DNA from: the human T2T-CHM13v2.0 reference genome, Homo sapiens
Reading direction: 5' to 3' (one strand)
Assembly (NCBI RefSeq): GCF_009914755.1
Contig: NC_060934.1
DNA length: 64,000 bases
In this document: positions 41,901 through 55,290 of the stretch, in pieces
Layout of the letters: every line of letters begins with the position of its first letter
Position numbering within the stretch: position 1 is the first letter of the stretch
Translations under genes and position numbers: made by a program
The notes under the pieces: generated by a model
Told to the model about the DNA's origin: nothing
Database searches by the model: none
Seen by the model: the letters and a program-made list of their open reading frames with translations, nothing else

Positions 41901-43812
41901 TAGAGGGGTCAATGGGGGAGCAGGGGTTCCTGTCACACTTTTGTTGAAAAACACATTGGTCCTGGAGTTCCTGAACCTGCTAGTGGAACAGGGCTCAGGA
42001 TGGCCCAGACCTCCTCAGAAAAAATGGGAGGAGCCAGAACAGGATGGTGTTGGAACCAGTGCATGTGAGGAGCGCACACTCAGATGGGGCTGCCTCAGGG
42101 CTCAGATCTGATGGACTGTCCTGGTGTCTGAGTGTCCCCCAGCGGGGTTACAGCTCCCGAGGTCTCTGAGCATACAGGCATATTTTCCTACAGCTCCCTG
42201 GTCATTTCGATGCTGTTGGTTTAACTTCGCCACTTAGAGGAATATAGAGTTTGGCAAGAAAGGCTCTTGGTTTCCTCTGTGAGAACTGTCGTGGTGGATT
42301 GGAAATCTGCCCTGTATGTCCCACAAGACAGCAGGAAAGTAGCCAACATTGTGGGTCTGTGGCATAAATCCTCAGAGCAGCCATCCTGGGCCAAGTGTGC
42401 AGGGTACAGAGCACAGGTGCTGGTTTGGGGTGGAGATCTGGGGCCCAGGGCAGGCCTCAGAATCCAAACCCTCTTGGGGGCACTGCTGGGTCTCTAAGCT
42501 GCATGGACGTGGTCAGGCTACACGGGCACATTCAACAAGGCAAAGAGAGAGCCCTGGGGTGAAAGCTTTGACAACCTGAGAAAGTTCTTGGCAAACAAGC
42601 CTAGGTTAAGGACTCTGTACCTCAGGAGAATATTCTGGAATCCCAGCTGCTAGGGTCTAGGGTAAAGAAATAGGCCGTGCAGCCGATAGCTGCCAGGGAA
42701 GATGACAAGGTTGAAGGGGACAGGACTGCCACCTGCACAGCCAGCCTGGGCATCTGCTGTCCGGCTGAGTGCTGGGCCCCACTCGTCAGCCATGGGGATC
42801 TAGGACCTCAATGGGGCCTTCCCACCTTCCTCTCAGGAATGCCTTGCAGGAGGCCAAGGAGCCATTTTCCAAAAGGCAAGAAGTACCAAGTAACCTGGAA
42901 CAACCTGCTGGGTTTCTGAGGGCGAGAAGCTCCTTCCGCTACCGTAGCAAAGCCATTTGGTTTAAAATCCTCATAAAAGCAACAATGCTCATTTCCTATA
43001 TTGGGTTGTATTTCCTAATTACCATCCCAGAGGGAAACCTAGGGAGAAGGAAGGCAGAGAAGCCAGCCTCACAGCCTTCATTTGTGCATTTAAATAAAGT
43101 GTGATTAAAAAGCACACCCTGCACATTTCCTGAAACACACCTACCTTTGGCGGATGCTTCTGATCAACACAAAGTGGAATCGCTTGAAAAAATTATTACT
43201 TCAGCTTGAAAGTAATTGCCACTTATTTTGTTTATAAAGCAAGCTCTGCTGGTGACATCAGATTAGACTTAACTGCATCCTGTTTTGATGCTAACTAATA
43301 TTTGCCCTAATACTAAGCATAAATAAGTAGGAATTTCTCCTGAGACACCACAGATATTACATCTTTAATGGGACCTAATAGTCGGAGGCAAGCCAATGGC
43401 CCTGCTGTGGGATTATAATTATGTGCGCTCCTTCCCCCCTTTTAAATTTCACGAACAGAGAGGAGCACTCGAAGCCATTAGGCTTTCTCCAGAAACATAG
43501 GGTAAAAATAAAACCAGCCACGTGCAAACTCCACCGTCATCCATTCCGGAAGATGACGGCATTCCCAACGCTCCCTCAAATGCACTGCCTTTCCCAAAGC
43601 TTCCCGAAAAGTGGCTGATGCCACCAGCTGCCGGCAGGAGGCTGGGCAGCTGGAGTAAGCCACACTCCTGCTGAGCCAGGGAGTCTGAGCTTCAGGTAAA
43701 CTCTGCCCTCCAGGCATGTTCTTGCAGCCTCCTAGGGCATCCCTGCCCGTCACCCACTGGTCTACACAGGGAAAGCAATCTCCAGCCTTGTCGGAGAGTT
43801 TTGCCCTTGCGC

Positions 43813-43864
43813 TGTGTGTGTGTGTGTGTGTGTGCGGGCGCGCGCGCGCGCGCGCACACACACA
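43813..43864. repeat. (TG)11-CGGG-(CG)8-(CA)5 alternating purine-pyrimidine tract
   Basis: Read directly. Confidence 0.95.
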
Positions 43865-45349
43865 TTTTTGGGTTTTGTGTGTGTGTAAGCGTGCTTGCTG
43901 TTGCTCTTTTTTTGTGTGTGTGAGCTCAAAGGACACCCGAGGCACCTGGACAAATAGGCAGAACCCTAGACAGGAGCTTATTCAGACCTTAGGGTCTGAA
44001 TCCAACCCTGCCCGCCTGTCCCTCAGCCCTGCCCCACCAAGCTGCTGAGAATCTGGGGCCTTGAAACAAGAAACATGGTGAATGCTTTGAAAGATGAACC
44101 AAGACTTAAAGGAGAAAGAGACCTGATGTCATCTCTAGGCACAGGAAGTAGAAGATGGGATGTAGATGGTATAAAAGGAGGATGTTGGAGCATAGACCCT
44201 GGGGAACCTCACCTACCCAGACTTGGACAGCAGGCTGAGAAGCAGCATGTCTGCTGGACACAAAGCTGCATGGTGGCCCACCTGGGCTGGGGACAGGAGG
44301 GACGTGGTGACCGGGCAGCCAGGCTTTCCAGGCCCACTCCTTGAAGGGGAGGCCAGCGGGCTACAGGTTACTCTGGGGTGAACCAGTGGAGTCACACAGG
44401 CCGGGGAGTGGAACTGGGCTGGGCGGGAGGAGTTCGGGATGATGCTAGGGTCTGGTCCTTTCTCCCTATTGCTGGAGTCCTGGGTCCTCTGTGGGTCAGC
44501 ATGGAAGTGATCCTCAAGAGGACAATTTTTCCAGCCAATGGGCAAGTCATAAACCAGCCCCTTCTAGACATCTGAAAATGAATTCCTCCCATATTCCCCA
44601 AAGTGACTCCACAGATTATGTCAAATAGACCGTCTTCTGTTTGGCTTTCTTGGGCCTGTGGAATTCCTCAAGCAGAGGAAGCCCTCCCTAGCCAAGGCCT
44701 GTGGGCTGGGACCCTGCCAACCCTTACCTGGCTTCTCCTCTCTCTGGCCCTCCATCAGACTAATGGCCTGGTTATTAACTCCACCTGCATCTGACATCAA
44801 GGTACTCAATAAGCAGTAGCTATTACTTTATTATTATTTTATAATAGGTATAGAAGAAATGCGTAGAGGCATGGATGACACCTGCCATAGGGATTCAGAG
44901 GGGAGGTTCACAGAGGAGCCGATTTGAGCCAGGAGAATGGGGAGGGCCTTCCAGGTGAGGTATCTCTGAGAACAAAGACTCATCAATGGGAAGGTGTGCC
45001 GCTGGTTAGGTAAACACTGCATGAACTATTTGACTCTAACAAGAGGTCCTTGTTAGGAGAACAGGGGCCCGGGAGGAAAGAGGGAGAGGGACAGGAAAGG
45101 TGCACAGGTGTTGGGCGAAGCTGCTGAGATTCCGTTCCACCTGCCATGAGTGATTCCCAAGCATCTTTACACCTGAGAGTGGCAGACGTCCAGCCTTCAT
45201 GCTGCAGTGAGAGCCGTCCTCTCTCAAGGGATCTGCTGCACATGTTTTTTTGAACAAGCTGTTTGCTGCTGCCAAGCAAGTTTCTGCCCTTCTTTTTAAT
45301 TTTTAGAAATTTAAAAAATACAAAGAAGAAAAATGACTCATGTTTCAAA

Positions 45350-46010
45350 CCCTAGAACCTACCACTGTAACTATTTTGGTATATTTTTTCATTTGTTTCT
45401 GTGCTTACATATTTTTTTAAATTGCACAGGTACTATATTAATTCCCTCTATTAAACAATGTTAGGACATTTTAGTTAAAATTAAGTCCCATTACCATCAC
45501 CTCCACCAGTGGCTATCTCTATTATAATTTTCTTATTGCCTCCAACTTATTTTTAGTTATATATATTGATGAGTACATATATAACCATTGATAATAAATC
45601 ATATCATTAGGCATGTTTCTATTTTTATAACTGGCAAAAAATGCATTTTTCTATACCTTGGTTTTGTTCACTTAACATTGGGTTTTGAGATTTATCCATG
45701 TTAATTCAGGTAGCCTCAAGTCTATGCTTTTTGCCTGCTGTACAATGTTCTTATGTTTGCAAGGATTACATTTAATGTGTCTTTCCCCCATCCGCACTAC
45801 CTTTACGTTGTTGCTGTTAATTATTGCAAACATTGCTACCATGAATATCCTGTACATCTCTCCTGGTTCTTACCTTTAAACTGACACACCAAATCACTCT
45901 GTCTTCAAGGCTAGGAAAGCCATTATCCTGAGAAAGATCATTGTTTCACCGTGCCTAATACCTAAGGAGGAATTGTTGCATGATGGGGTGTGTGCATTTT
46001 AATTCCTTTC
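45350..46010 (-). mobile_element. L1ME-type 3' region, antisense
   Basis: TTCACTTAACATT...TTTGAGATTTATCCATGTT...ATGAATATCCTGTAC. Confidence 0.6.
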
Positions 46011-47065
46011 TCTTCTCTGAGGGGATTTAACTGGCCACACACATTCCTAAAATAAACCTCTCAGAGTTTGGAGACGTCAATGCCTCTCAGGAGGAATTAG
46101 TCAGGAGGCTTTCTGGGAAACTAGATTAAAAATCTTTCACATGGATAATGCTATTTGGCCTTAGCTTACTACTAATATTGGTATGACTTTCACTCTTATG
46201 TATTTATATTTTTAATTACAAGTATATTACAATGTTACATAAAATGTAGAAAGAGATGGAATGTCATTCCTGTAGAATTGGAAAATCACATTTTTGCCAT
46301 CTGAAGGCAATGAGTCTTGACAGCAGTCATCAGTGTTACACATCCATTAGTTGATCAGACATCATTCAGAGTGGGACCACCGGACACCATGCTCCTTATG
46401 ATATGATGCAATAGGAAGGACATGACACCATCTGCCAAGGGCTCTTTCCAAAATGAAACTGAACCTGAGCACGAGCAAGCATCTAGGTCCAGCTTCCAAG
46501 TAAAGAAAACCTGGGAGCCAGAGAAACAAGCTCAGTGATGCCTGCTCAACAAAGTCAGATGAATCCAGAATCCACAGAGCGAATGATCTAGTTCTCCCAC
46601 AAATACACAGCATGAGAAAAGGGCACTATTGGAGCTTGTCTGAATAGTGTTTACAGACTTGTTACCAAACAAAACATGTAGAATTTGTTTGGATCCTGTG
46701 AGAGCAAGTCAACTATAAAAAGCCTCTTTATAGAAAATCAAGGAAAATTAAGCACAGGTTATTAATATAGTGTTAAGAAATTATTGCTAGTGGTCAACAT
46801 GATGGTGATGACTAAATCCAAATCTCCCAAAACAACCTCTAAAAGACAGACAGACACAGACAGAAACAAATACAAACAACAAATAAAAGTGTACAAAACG
46901 GATACCCACTGCATAAAATATCCAAACTTCAAATTAGTTGATTGAACAAAGAACCAAGTTGTGGGTAACGGGAGATGCATTTATTACGGTCAGAGTAAAG
47001 GAGTTAAATATAGAGAAAATGAGAAAGATAAATGAGGTGTTAGACTGAAATTAGAGTTCCACAAG

Positions 47066-48197
47066 GTGAATTAAAGACTTACATCTAAGACCTGAAGCAA
47101 TAAAAATACTAGAAGAAAACCTGGACAAACTCTTCTAGACATTGGCCTAGGCAAATAAATTATGAATAAGATCCCAAAAGCAAATGTAACTAAAACAATA
47201 ATAAGTAAATGGTGTCTAATTAATTAAGCTAAAATGCTTCTGCAAGGCAAAAGAAATAATCAACAGAGCAAACAGGCAACCTACAGAATGGGAGAAAATA
47301 TTTGCAAACTATATATCTGACAAAGACTAATATCCAGAATTTACAAGGAACTCAACAAATCAACAAGAAGAAAACAATCCCATTAAAATGTGGGCAAATA
47401 TAATGAACAGACATTTCTCAAAAGACGATACACAAATGGCAAAAAAAAATGAAAAAATGCTCAACATCACTAATCATCAGAGAAATGCAAATTAAAACCA
47501 CGATGAGATACCACCTTACCCCAGCCAGAATAGCCATTATTAAAAAGTTGAAAAACAATAAATGTTGGCACAGAGGTAGTAAAAAGGGAATGCTGCTGGT
47601 GGGAATGTAAATTAGTACAACCTCTATTGAAAACAGTATGATTATTTTTCAAAGAACTAAAAGTAGATCCACCATTGGTTCCAGAAATTCCACTACTGGG
47701 TATTTACCCAAAGGAAAAGTCATTATGTCAAAAAGACATCTGCACATGTATGTTTATTGCAGTGCAATTCACAATTGCAAAGATATGGAATCAACCTAAG
47801 TGCCCATCAACCAATGAGTGGATAAAGAAAATGTGGTATATATATACCATAGAATACTACTCAGCCATAAAAAAGAGCAAAATAATGCCTTTTGCAGCAA
47901 CTTGGATGGAACTGAAGGCCATTATCTTTAATGAAGTAACTCAGTCAAATACCACATGTTCTCATTTATAAATGGGAGCTAGGTGATGGGTGCACAGAGG
48001 CATTCAGAGTGGCATAATTGACATGGGAGACTCAGAATGGGGGAGGGTGGGAGGGAGATGATGGGTGAAAAATACCCATTGGGTACAATGTACACTATTC
48101 TGGTGAGAAGTACACTCAAAGCCCAGACTTCACAACTATATAATTTATCCATGTAACCAAAAGTCACTTTTTAAAGCTATTGAAATTAAAAAATAAA
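47066..48197 (+). mobile_element. L1PB (L1PB3/4-like) 3' ~1.1 kb
   Basis: ORF2 C-terminal motif (IAKIWNQPKCPSTNEWIKKMWYIYTIEYYSAIKK) and 3'UTR GGGTACAATGTACACTATTC...AAGCTATTGAAATT. Confidence 0.85.
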
Positions 48198-49387
48198 TAT
48201 ATGTAAGGCACAAACACTTGAAAGCAGTTACATTTTTAGTATCTGCTAGTTGAGAAAATACAGACTATTAAAATTTAGAAATTAGAGTTCCAATGTAAAG
48301 ATGGAGATATGGATACAGATACACACACACACACACACACACAAAATAGCTAACTAGATATGGAGCCATGCATATGTGTGGTGGACGTGTAAATATAGGT
48401 ATTTGTACAGAGGTCTGTAAAAACAGTTCCTAGCGGGGACCACTGGAAACAGTGATGCCTCCATAGCACTGAGTACATTTGGCATCCAGATCTTCGTTTC
48501 TAAAAACCATCTCTACCAAAAGAACTCAGCAGTCCTTGGTACAATAGCTGTTTCCAGGGCTGGAGTATAGAATGTACAAGATGAGACTAGAACATACTGT
48601 GTGCTGGAAAGTTAGAAAGTGCTCAAAAAATTTAATGATAGGTCTAAAGGACACCAGATTCAGCATGAAGGGCTCTCAATGGCCAAATCTGGGAAAAATA
48701 GAACATCAAAATAAATAATAATAGTAATGGGTGATAATGGGTTGAATAATACAAGGATACAGGAGTCCATGCTGATGTCAATCAATGAATCAATCCGTTG
48801 GAAGAAAAGGCTCTCCCTCACAGTAGAAAACAATTAATAAAAGTATAAGAAATTTTGAAATTAGAAATGTCATCACTTGGCAATCATCGTAACAATAAAT
48901 TCATTCAGACAGGAATCATCATTTGACGCTAAAACGAGTGGATAAAATGTGAGGTATAACGGGATGTTTACATCAACTCATAGTGTTTCCCCACAAGATA
49001 TTCATCATTTCAAAGAGGAGAAATAGTAACTTCACACTTTCCTAACTGATCAAAGTTAACATCACCAAGAATGGCACAACCTAAAATCAGATGCCTCCTT
49101 ATATGATATGCTGAGAAGAACACAGCATCATTTCTGCAATATTCCCGCCGAAAATCCATAACCTAACTCGAACTATAAGGAAACATCAGGACTCCCAAAC
49201 TGAGGGACATTCTATAATATTCAAAAATGTCAATGTCATGGAAGACTGAGGAATTATTCTGGATGAAAAGTAGCTAAAGAGACTTAACAACTGAGTGCAG
49301 TGCATGATTCAGGACTTTTTTGCTACAAAGAATGCTAACCAGTGAAAGCTTAATAAAGCCTGTATATTTTAAAAATAGTATTATAGC

Positions 49388-49532
49388 CAGGAATAGCTAT
49401 ATAATTTGTGGGGCCCAGTGCAAAATGAAAATGTGGGTCCCTGGTTCAAAAATTAAGAATATCAAAATGGCAACTGAGAAAACATTAAACCAAACACAGG
49501 ACCCTTCTGAGTACAGGCCCATGTGCACAGGC
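49388..49532. mobile_element. MER45A (hAT-Tip100), partial
   Basis: ATAATTTGTGGGGCCCAGTGCAAAATGAAAATGTGGG. Confidence 0.7.
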
Positions 49533-50006
49533 GACGTGATCATGATTGTATGTTAATGTTAATGTACACTATACATTAATACACTATAATACCATAATGT
49601 TAATTTCCTGGTTGTAACCATTGGACTCAAGTTATACAGGGGAATGTCTTTGTTTTTAAAAAATACACACTGTCATATTTAGAGGTAAAGGGGCATCATG
49701 TCTACACCTTATTCTCAAATGGTTTAGACAAAATAACTTGTGTGTGTACATGGGAGGGAAGGATGAATAGAGCAAGTGAGGTATAACGTTAGTATTTGGA
49801 CACTCTAGATTTAGGGTATATGGGAATTCTCTGTACTAGTCTTCCAACTTTTCTGTTAAGTCTAAAATTATGTCAAAATGTTTAAAAACACACACACACA
49901 TAGAAGACATTATCTTGCTGGTTGTGATGATGGCATGTTGGTTATGCCTTTAAAAAATAATTGTCTATTTAAATTAGTTATTTTAAATATATATATGAAA
50001 CATACA

Positions 50007-50369
50007 CAGATACTCCTTGACTTACAATGGCGTTACATCCTGATAAACTCATCATGATCTTGAAAATATCATACGTCAAATTGCATTTAATCCACCTAAC
50101 CTACTAAACATCATAGCTTAGCCTCGCCTACCTTAACTGTGCTCAAAACATTTACATTAGCCTATGGTTGGGCAAAATCATCTAACACAAAGTCTGTTTT
50201 ATAATAAAGTGTTGGATATCTCATGTAATTTATTGAATACTATACTGAAAGTGAAAAATAGAATAGTTGTATGAGTACTTGAAGTGCAGTTTCTACTGAT
50301 TGTTTACTGCTTTTGCACCATGAAGTCAAAAAATTATGAGTGAAACCATCATAAGTTAGGGATTATCTG
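50007..50369 (+). mobile_element. Tigger3a (MER7A)
   Basis: CAGATACTCCTTGACTTAC...GGGATTATCTG-TA; near full length. Confidence 0.85.
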
Positions 50370-50459
50370 TATTGCAAAAAGTAATTGTGCAATCAAGATG
50401 ATGGGGGAGAATTTATTACATTCTCTGCCTCTGTGTATGTTTGAAATTTTTTATAATAA

Positions 50460-51060
50460 ACAGCTATTTTTTAAGTAATTCTAAATTTCATCTACTTAAT
50501 GTCATCATTTTTGTGTATTCTCTTCTGGTCTTTAGAGTGATGCATATATTTTATGTACACACCATTTAAATCCTGCCCATTTTGCTTTTCTTGCTACCAC
50601 AGTCTTCATAATTGGCTCTTAAATGGCTGCATATTAGCTCATAAACCAGATAATATAAGAAATCATTCCTTTATTGTTGAGGTTGTAGCTTGCTTATACA
50701 GTGCACTCAAATATATATTGCCTTTCCCTATTTGTGATCTTTTCTTAGGAAAGAGTTCCAGGAGTGGGATTTCTGGATCGCAGACAGGATCATGTTTATG
50801 AACCTTAAAGCATTTTGCCAAATTGCTTTCCAAAAAGTAATACCAATTTACACCATATGAGACTAACCATTGGGAATTAGCATTAATTTTTTCACTGGTG
50901 CTGGGGTTGTGTTAGATGCATCTTTCTGATTCCTCTTTTGTGAGTTGTTCTGTCTCCATGCCTCTGTCGGGGGGTTAATGTTCTTCAAAATCTACATGAG
51001 CTCTTTGAGTAATAAAGATATTACCTTTCATATCATGTTTGCCTCAAATATTTTTCCAAG
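50460..51060 (-). mobile_element. L1ME-type fragment, antisense
   Basis: CCAGGAGTGGGATTTCTGGATC...TTGCCAAATTGCTTTCCAAAA...TACCAATTTACAC. Confidence 0.6.
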
Positions 51061-52054
51061 AAACTCACTTTAAATGGGAGAAGAACATGTCGCTATGTTT
51101 TAGAAAGTAGATAGCCATTATGCATGCAGCCTCTCACATTCCCCCTATAAATATCTTGGTGAAGTGACCATTTGTTTAGAAAACAAAATAGTTTATGTAG
51201 AACATAAAGTATTATGAAAGGACTTACTCTTGAGATAATTTACCAAAGACTGTGAAACAGACCAAAGACCCAGGATATTTCTTCATGATCAAAATAATTA
51301 GCTTTTAAAATGGCTGGTGTGGTCTTTGTGCTGCTTTCTTAACCATCAAATCAGACCATCTCATGATTAGTAAAAACAGGTCATTATGGCAGCCAAATAA
51401 AGCCAGCCCATAGGAAAAATGAAGAGACGGCTTCTGTTTCTACAGGAAAAACGTAGGTCTGCTTCTCCAGGGTGGATTTCTAAATAGCTCTACCTGAGAC
51501 TGACAGAAAAGAGTGCCAGGGTGGGGTTGGACCCCCCACTTCCTCCCAATAAGCAGTCAATGTTAGGTGGTGAAGTCCAGTAGGTGGTTCATGGTTTGGC
51601 CAGACCACCATCCAGTGAATGGCCCTCCCTCCCTGGCATCTAGGTCTCCTGCTCCAGGGCTCACCTGCCCAGGCCCTGCCCCTTCCTCGCCATTTCTTAT
51701 CTCTTGGACACTTACCGGGTGATGCATAACCAAGTGAGTGCTGGCTGGGGAGCAGAGCTGTCAGCTGAATGGTGTCTTTAGTGGGGTTCCTCAATGGGTG
51801 GAGCAGGGAGCCTGCTAAAGTCAAGGAATCCCTTGACCTTCTCCAATTCCTCTACCAACAACAAGGTTTTCCAGAGGCAGAAGCAAACTTCCACCATTTG
51901 AACAGCAATGTTGGTTCTGGTCAGAGCCAGCTGAACATTCTACTATGAACATTTTACTTGTGCTGCCTTCTGGCCCTTTAGAATCTAGTGTCCTCCCACC
52001 AAGGTACACAAAACGTCTGGATCCTAACTCTGCATTCATTTGCCTCCTGTATAC

Positions 52055-53337
52055 ACAGCACAACTACATTGTCCAGCCCCCCTGCAATTAGGTGAAGCCA
52101 TGTCATTAAGTTCTGGCCAAAGATGATGGTAGAAGTGGTGCACACCAGCATCTGCTAGGTCCCTGAAAGCTCTCATGTGACCCTCCATGGGCTTGCTATC
52201 TCTGGTTATTTGCTTTTTTGGCTGGTCACATAGAGAGGATACAGCAGAGAACTCAGAGCTAAGGGGACAGTAGGGCCATTGGCTGGAAGGGCCTGGATCC
52301 CCGAATGATTGAATGGAACCCAGGTGCACCCCTGCATGTTGTACATTATTGCCTCACCGCAGGTTAACTATGGTGATAATTGACACCTGTCTCTGCCAAG
52401 GTCTATAGTGCCCTGAGATAACATGCAAGAAACTGAGCCAGGAATCTCTTATATTCTGGGAGTTGAGAAATATTTTAAGCACCCCTTCCCCACCAAGTCA
52501 TTCTGGAGGAAGATGAAGACCTTGATTTGACAGATTTGTCATCTCTTTCTTTCTTCTCTTTTTACAGACACCAGGATGGAAGGGATGGGCTTTTGCTTCC
52601 TTTTCTTGTGTCGTAGAGACTACGATTGTATTACATCATGAATTTCCCTGCCCTGTGTCTTTTTGTAACATTGATGTTCATGTTGGCTGGGCCTGCCTGT
52701 TACCACATTGATAGGAGCTTCAAGAACTTACAAGATGCTTTCTCTCTCTACAAATCTTGGCTCTCAAGACTATTGTCCTGCTAGGGACACAAGAATGCAT
52801 TAATCCAAAAAGTCACAGCTGAGTAGTGGCATAGGGTTCTAGCTAATAACTACCTTTCTCCTACCATGTGTGCAGTTGGTCCCCAAGCCAACTTCCTTCT
52901 CACTGGACTTTCTAGGAGGCTAGAAACTACATTTCCCAGGCTCCATTGCAGACAGAGTTCCACATGTAACCTAGTGGCCATCAAGTTGACACACTGGAAA
53001 ATGAAGTGAAGAGCAAGAGGCCCTGGCCACACCATGGGACATGATACCTTCCAGAAAGCTTGACTGCAGACGTATCTGACTCTTCTCAGCAGCTGAGATG
53101 GAATTCTGAGTGCCCTGGTGCCATGGTGCCAAGCAGTGGGTGGTGGCAGCAGTGATATTTTGCTAGAACAGTTCTGTGTATGCTTGGGCAATTTTCTTGG
53201 CTGTGTGAATGCCAAGTTCATTCCCTGGTTTCCCTGGAGATCCTGTAAGCAAACTAATATGATTTTTAAATTCTCTTTCCGATTATTCTAACTAGTATGG
53301 ATTTTGTTGCCTGCTAGTAAAAACTCTGTCCAACATA
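52055..53337 (+). mobile_element. Two ERVL-class LTR remnants (~52055-52330 LTR16-like; ~52860-53337 LTR33-like)
   Basis: ACTACATT(G/T)..CCAG motifs and GCCATGTCATTAAGTTCTGGCCAA; family assignment uncertain. Confidence 0.5.
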
Positions 53338-53394
53338 GGTGGGGAGCCCATGGCATGAAGAGTTCCTAGAGAATAAAATACATCAAAAATATGA

Positions 53395-53703
<309 letters not shown>

Positions 53704-55024
53704 TAAACTTGTTCTATAAGCAAGCCAAGGGAATTTACAAGCATCTTGCTGAAATTGTGAGGAAGTGATATCAAAAGTTTCTAGAGAAGAAGGAATGGTA
53801 AATGGAAATTAATTGCAAACTTCCTGCTATTACAAATGTATGATGTGTAACAGGCCAATGCTTTTGTCTTTATTTAGTATGCTGCCTTTGTTTTATTGCA
53901 TCAAAGATTTTGAAAAAATATGTGTATAAGTGCTTCATGTGTTCATTTATGACCTTGGTCTTCAACCCTATTTTTCTCATAAGCTTCTCAACAATGGGTT
54001 CCCTTACTACTGGGATTTCCAAGAAATCACCATCAGGGCTAGGCACAGATTCCTGGACATATGTTGTCAAGATGATGCACCTAGCAATTAACTAACTATG
54101 ACCTGGTAATTGTAGCCATTATCTTGAGCAAGCAGGGAGAGGATGGACCAGAAAATCTTAAGGTTTTTTCCAGCCATAGCATTTTACCACTTTATAAATG
54201 TAATTTCTAAGACATTGAAGTCTTCTTTCTCCAACATATTGCAAGCTACTAGCTGGCCAGGAAACCCTTCTTAGACAGCTCCAGTACTCCTCAGCATATT
54301 TTCTTTCACCCATAGTCCACATAAAAGCCCCAGAAAAGGGATCTGGGAGCCAAGGGGATTGGTCTGAGCACTGAGATGAGTAATTGCTCTGGTTTCCCAG
54401 CATGGTTTCCCAGCCACAAGGAAGAAAAGGAAGGCAGGTGAGCCCTCCACAGCTAGTCTATGTGTTAATCCCACGAAGGGTGACAGGAAAAGGACAACTG
54501 GGTGCAGTTGGGAGGAGGCCATGGCTTTGCCGAATCCTCAGTCTCAGGTTCTGCAGTCAGCTCCCAGCACCAGCTTGGCAGCTGAGAACCCACATGAGTC
54601 ACTTTATGTTCCTGAGCCCGTTGGGTTTTCTTGAAAATTAACAGGAATCAGGGGATGTGAGGGCTCTGAAGAGCTCAGCCCTGAGTGATGGCTCTTGCTT
54701 GTGGCCAAGGGCTTGGCGAGAAGCAGCCCATCTGCAGGGCTCTCCTGAGCGCCCTCGCTGGGCTCTACACGCTCGGGTATATTCAAAGGATTTGGACTGC
54801 AGGTTTCTTGGAGCCAAGAGATCAACCATCTGACAGAGCCAGGGCTCAGATTCTCAGCTGCCGAGGGTTTGAGGATCCATGCAGCAACCCAAGCCATCAC
54901 ATGGGGATGAGCCTTCCTTACAGGCCCTCGGTGGTGTTGTGTGGGGATTAAATCTCCACCCCTCATCCTAGTGTTCCGGGCTTCATGAGCTGCTCAGGGT
55001 GTCCTCGCCCAACTCACCCTTCTT

Positions 55025-55290
55025 GCCATGTTCTCCCTTACTCCAGTCACAGTGGTCTTCTCTCAGGTCCCCCTGCATTCTGAAGGCTTCCCTTCCCCAA
55101 GGCATCTGCACACACCATCCCTCCCTTTAGCACATACTTCCCCCAACTCCCTCCCCATTTGTGTTCCTATATTCTTTAGGTGTCTGCTCAATGAGGGCAA
55201 AGACTTTGTCTCTCTTGTTCACTGCCAATTCCTTTACTTCTTAAGCTGCCTGGTTCACAGTAAGTGCTTAGTAAATATGGATTAAGAAAT
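55025..55290 (+). mobile_element. L2 3' fragment
   Basis: GCTCAATGAGGGCAAAGACTTTGTC...CACAGTAAGTGCTTAGTAAAT. Confidence 0.7.

Larger units (their letters stand above)
46270..49885 (+). mobile_element. L1MC-type 3' fragments with nested L1PB and MER45A
   Basis: L1MC4/5-like motifs (GATATGATGCAATAGGAAGGACA; TTTAGAGGTAAAGGGGCATCATGTCT). Confidence 0.55.
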
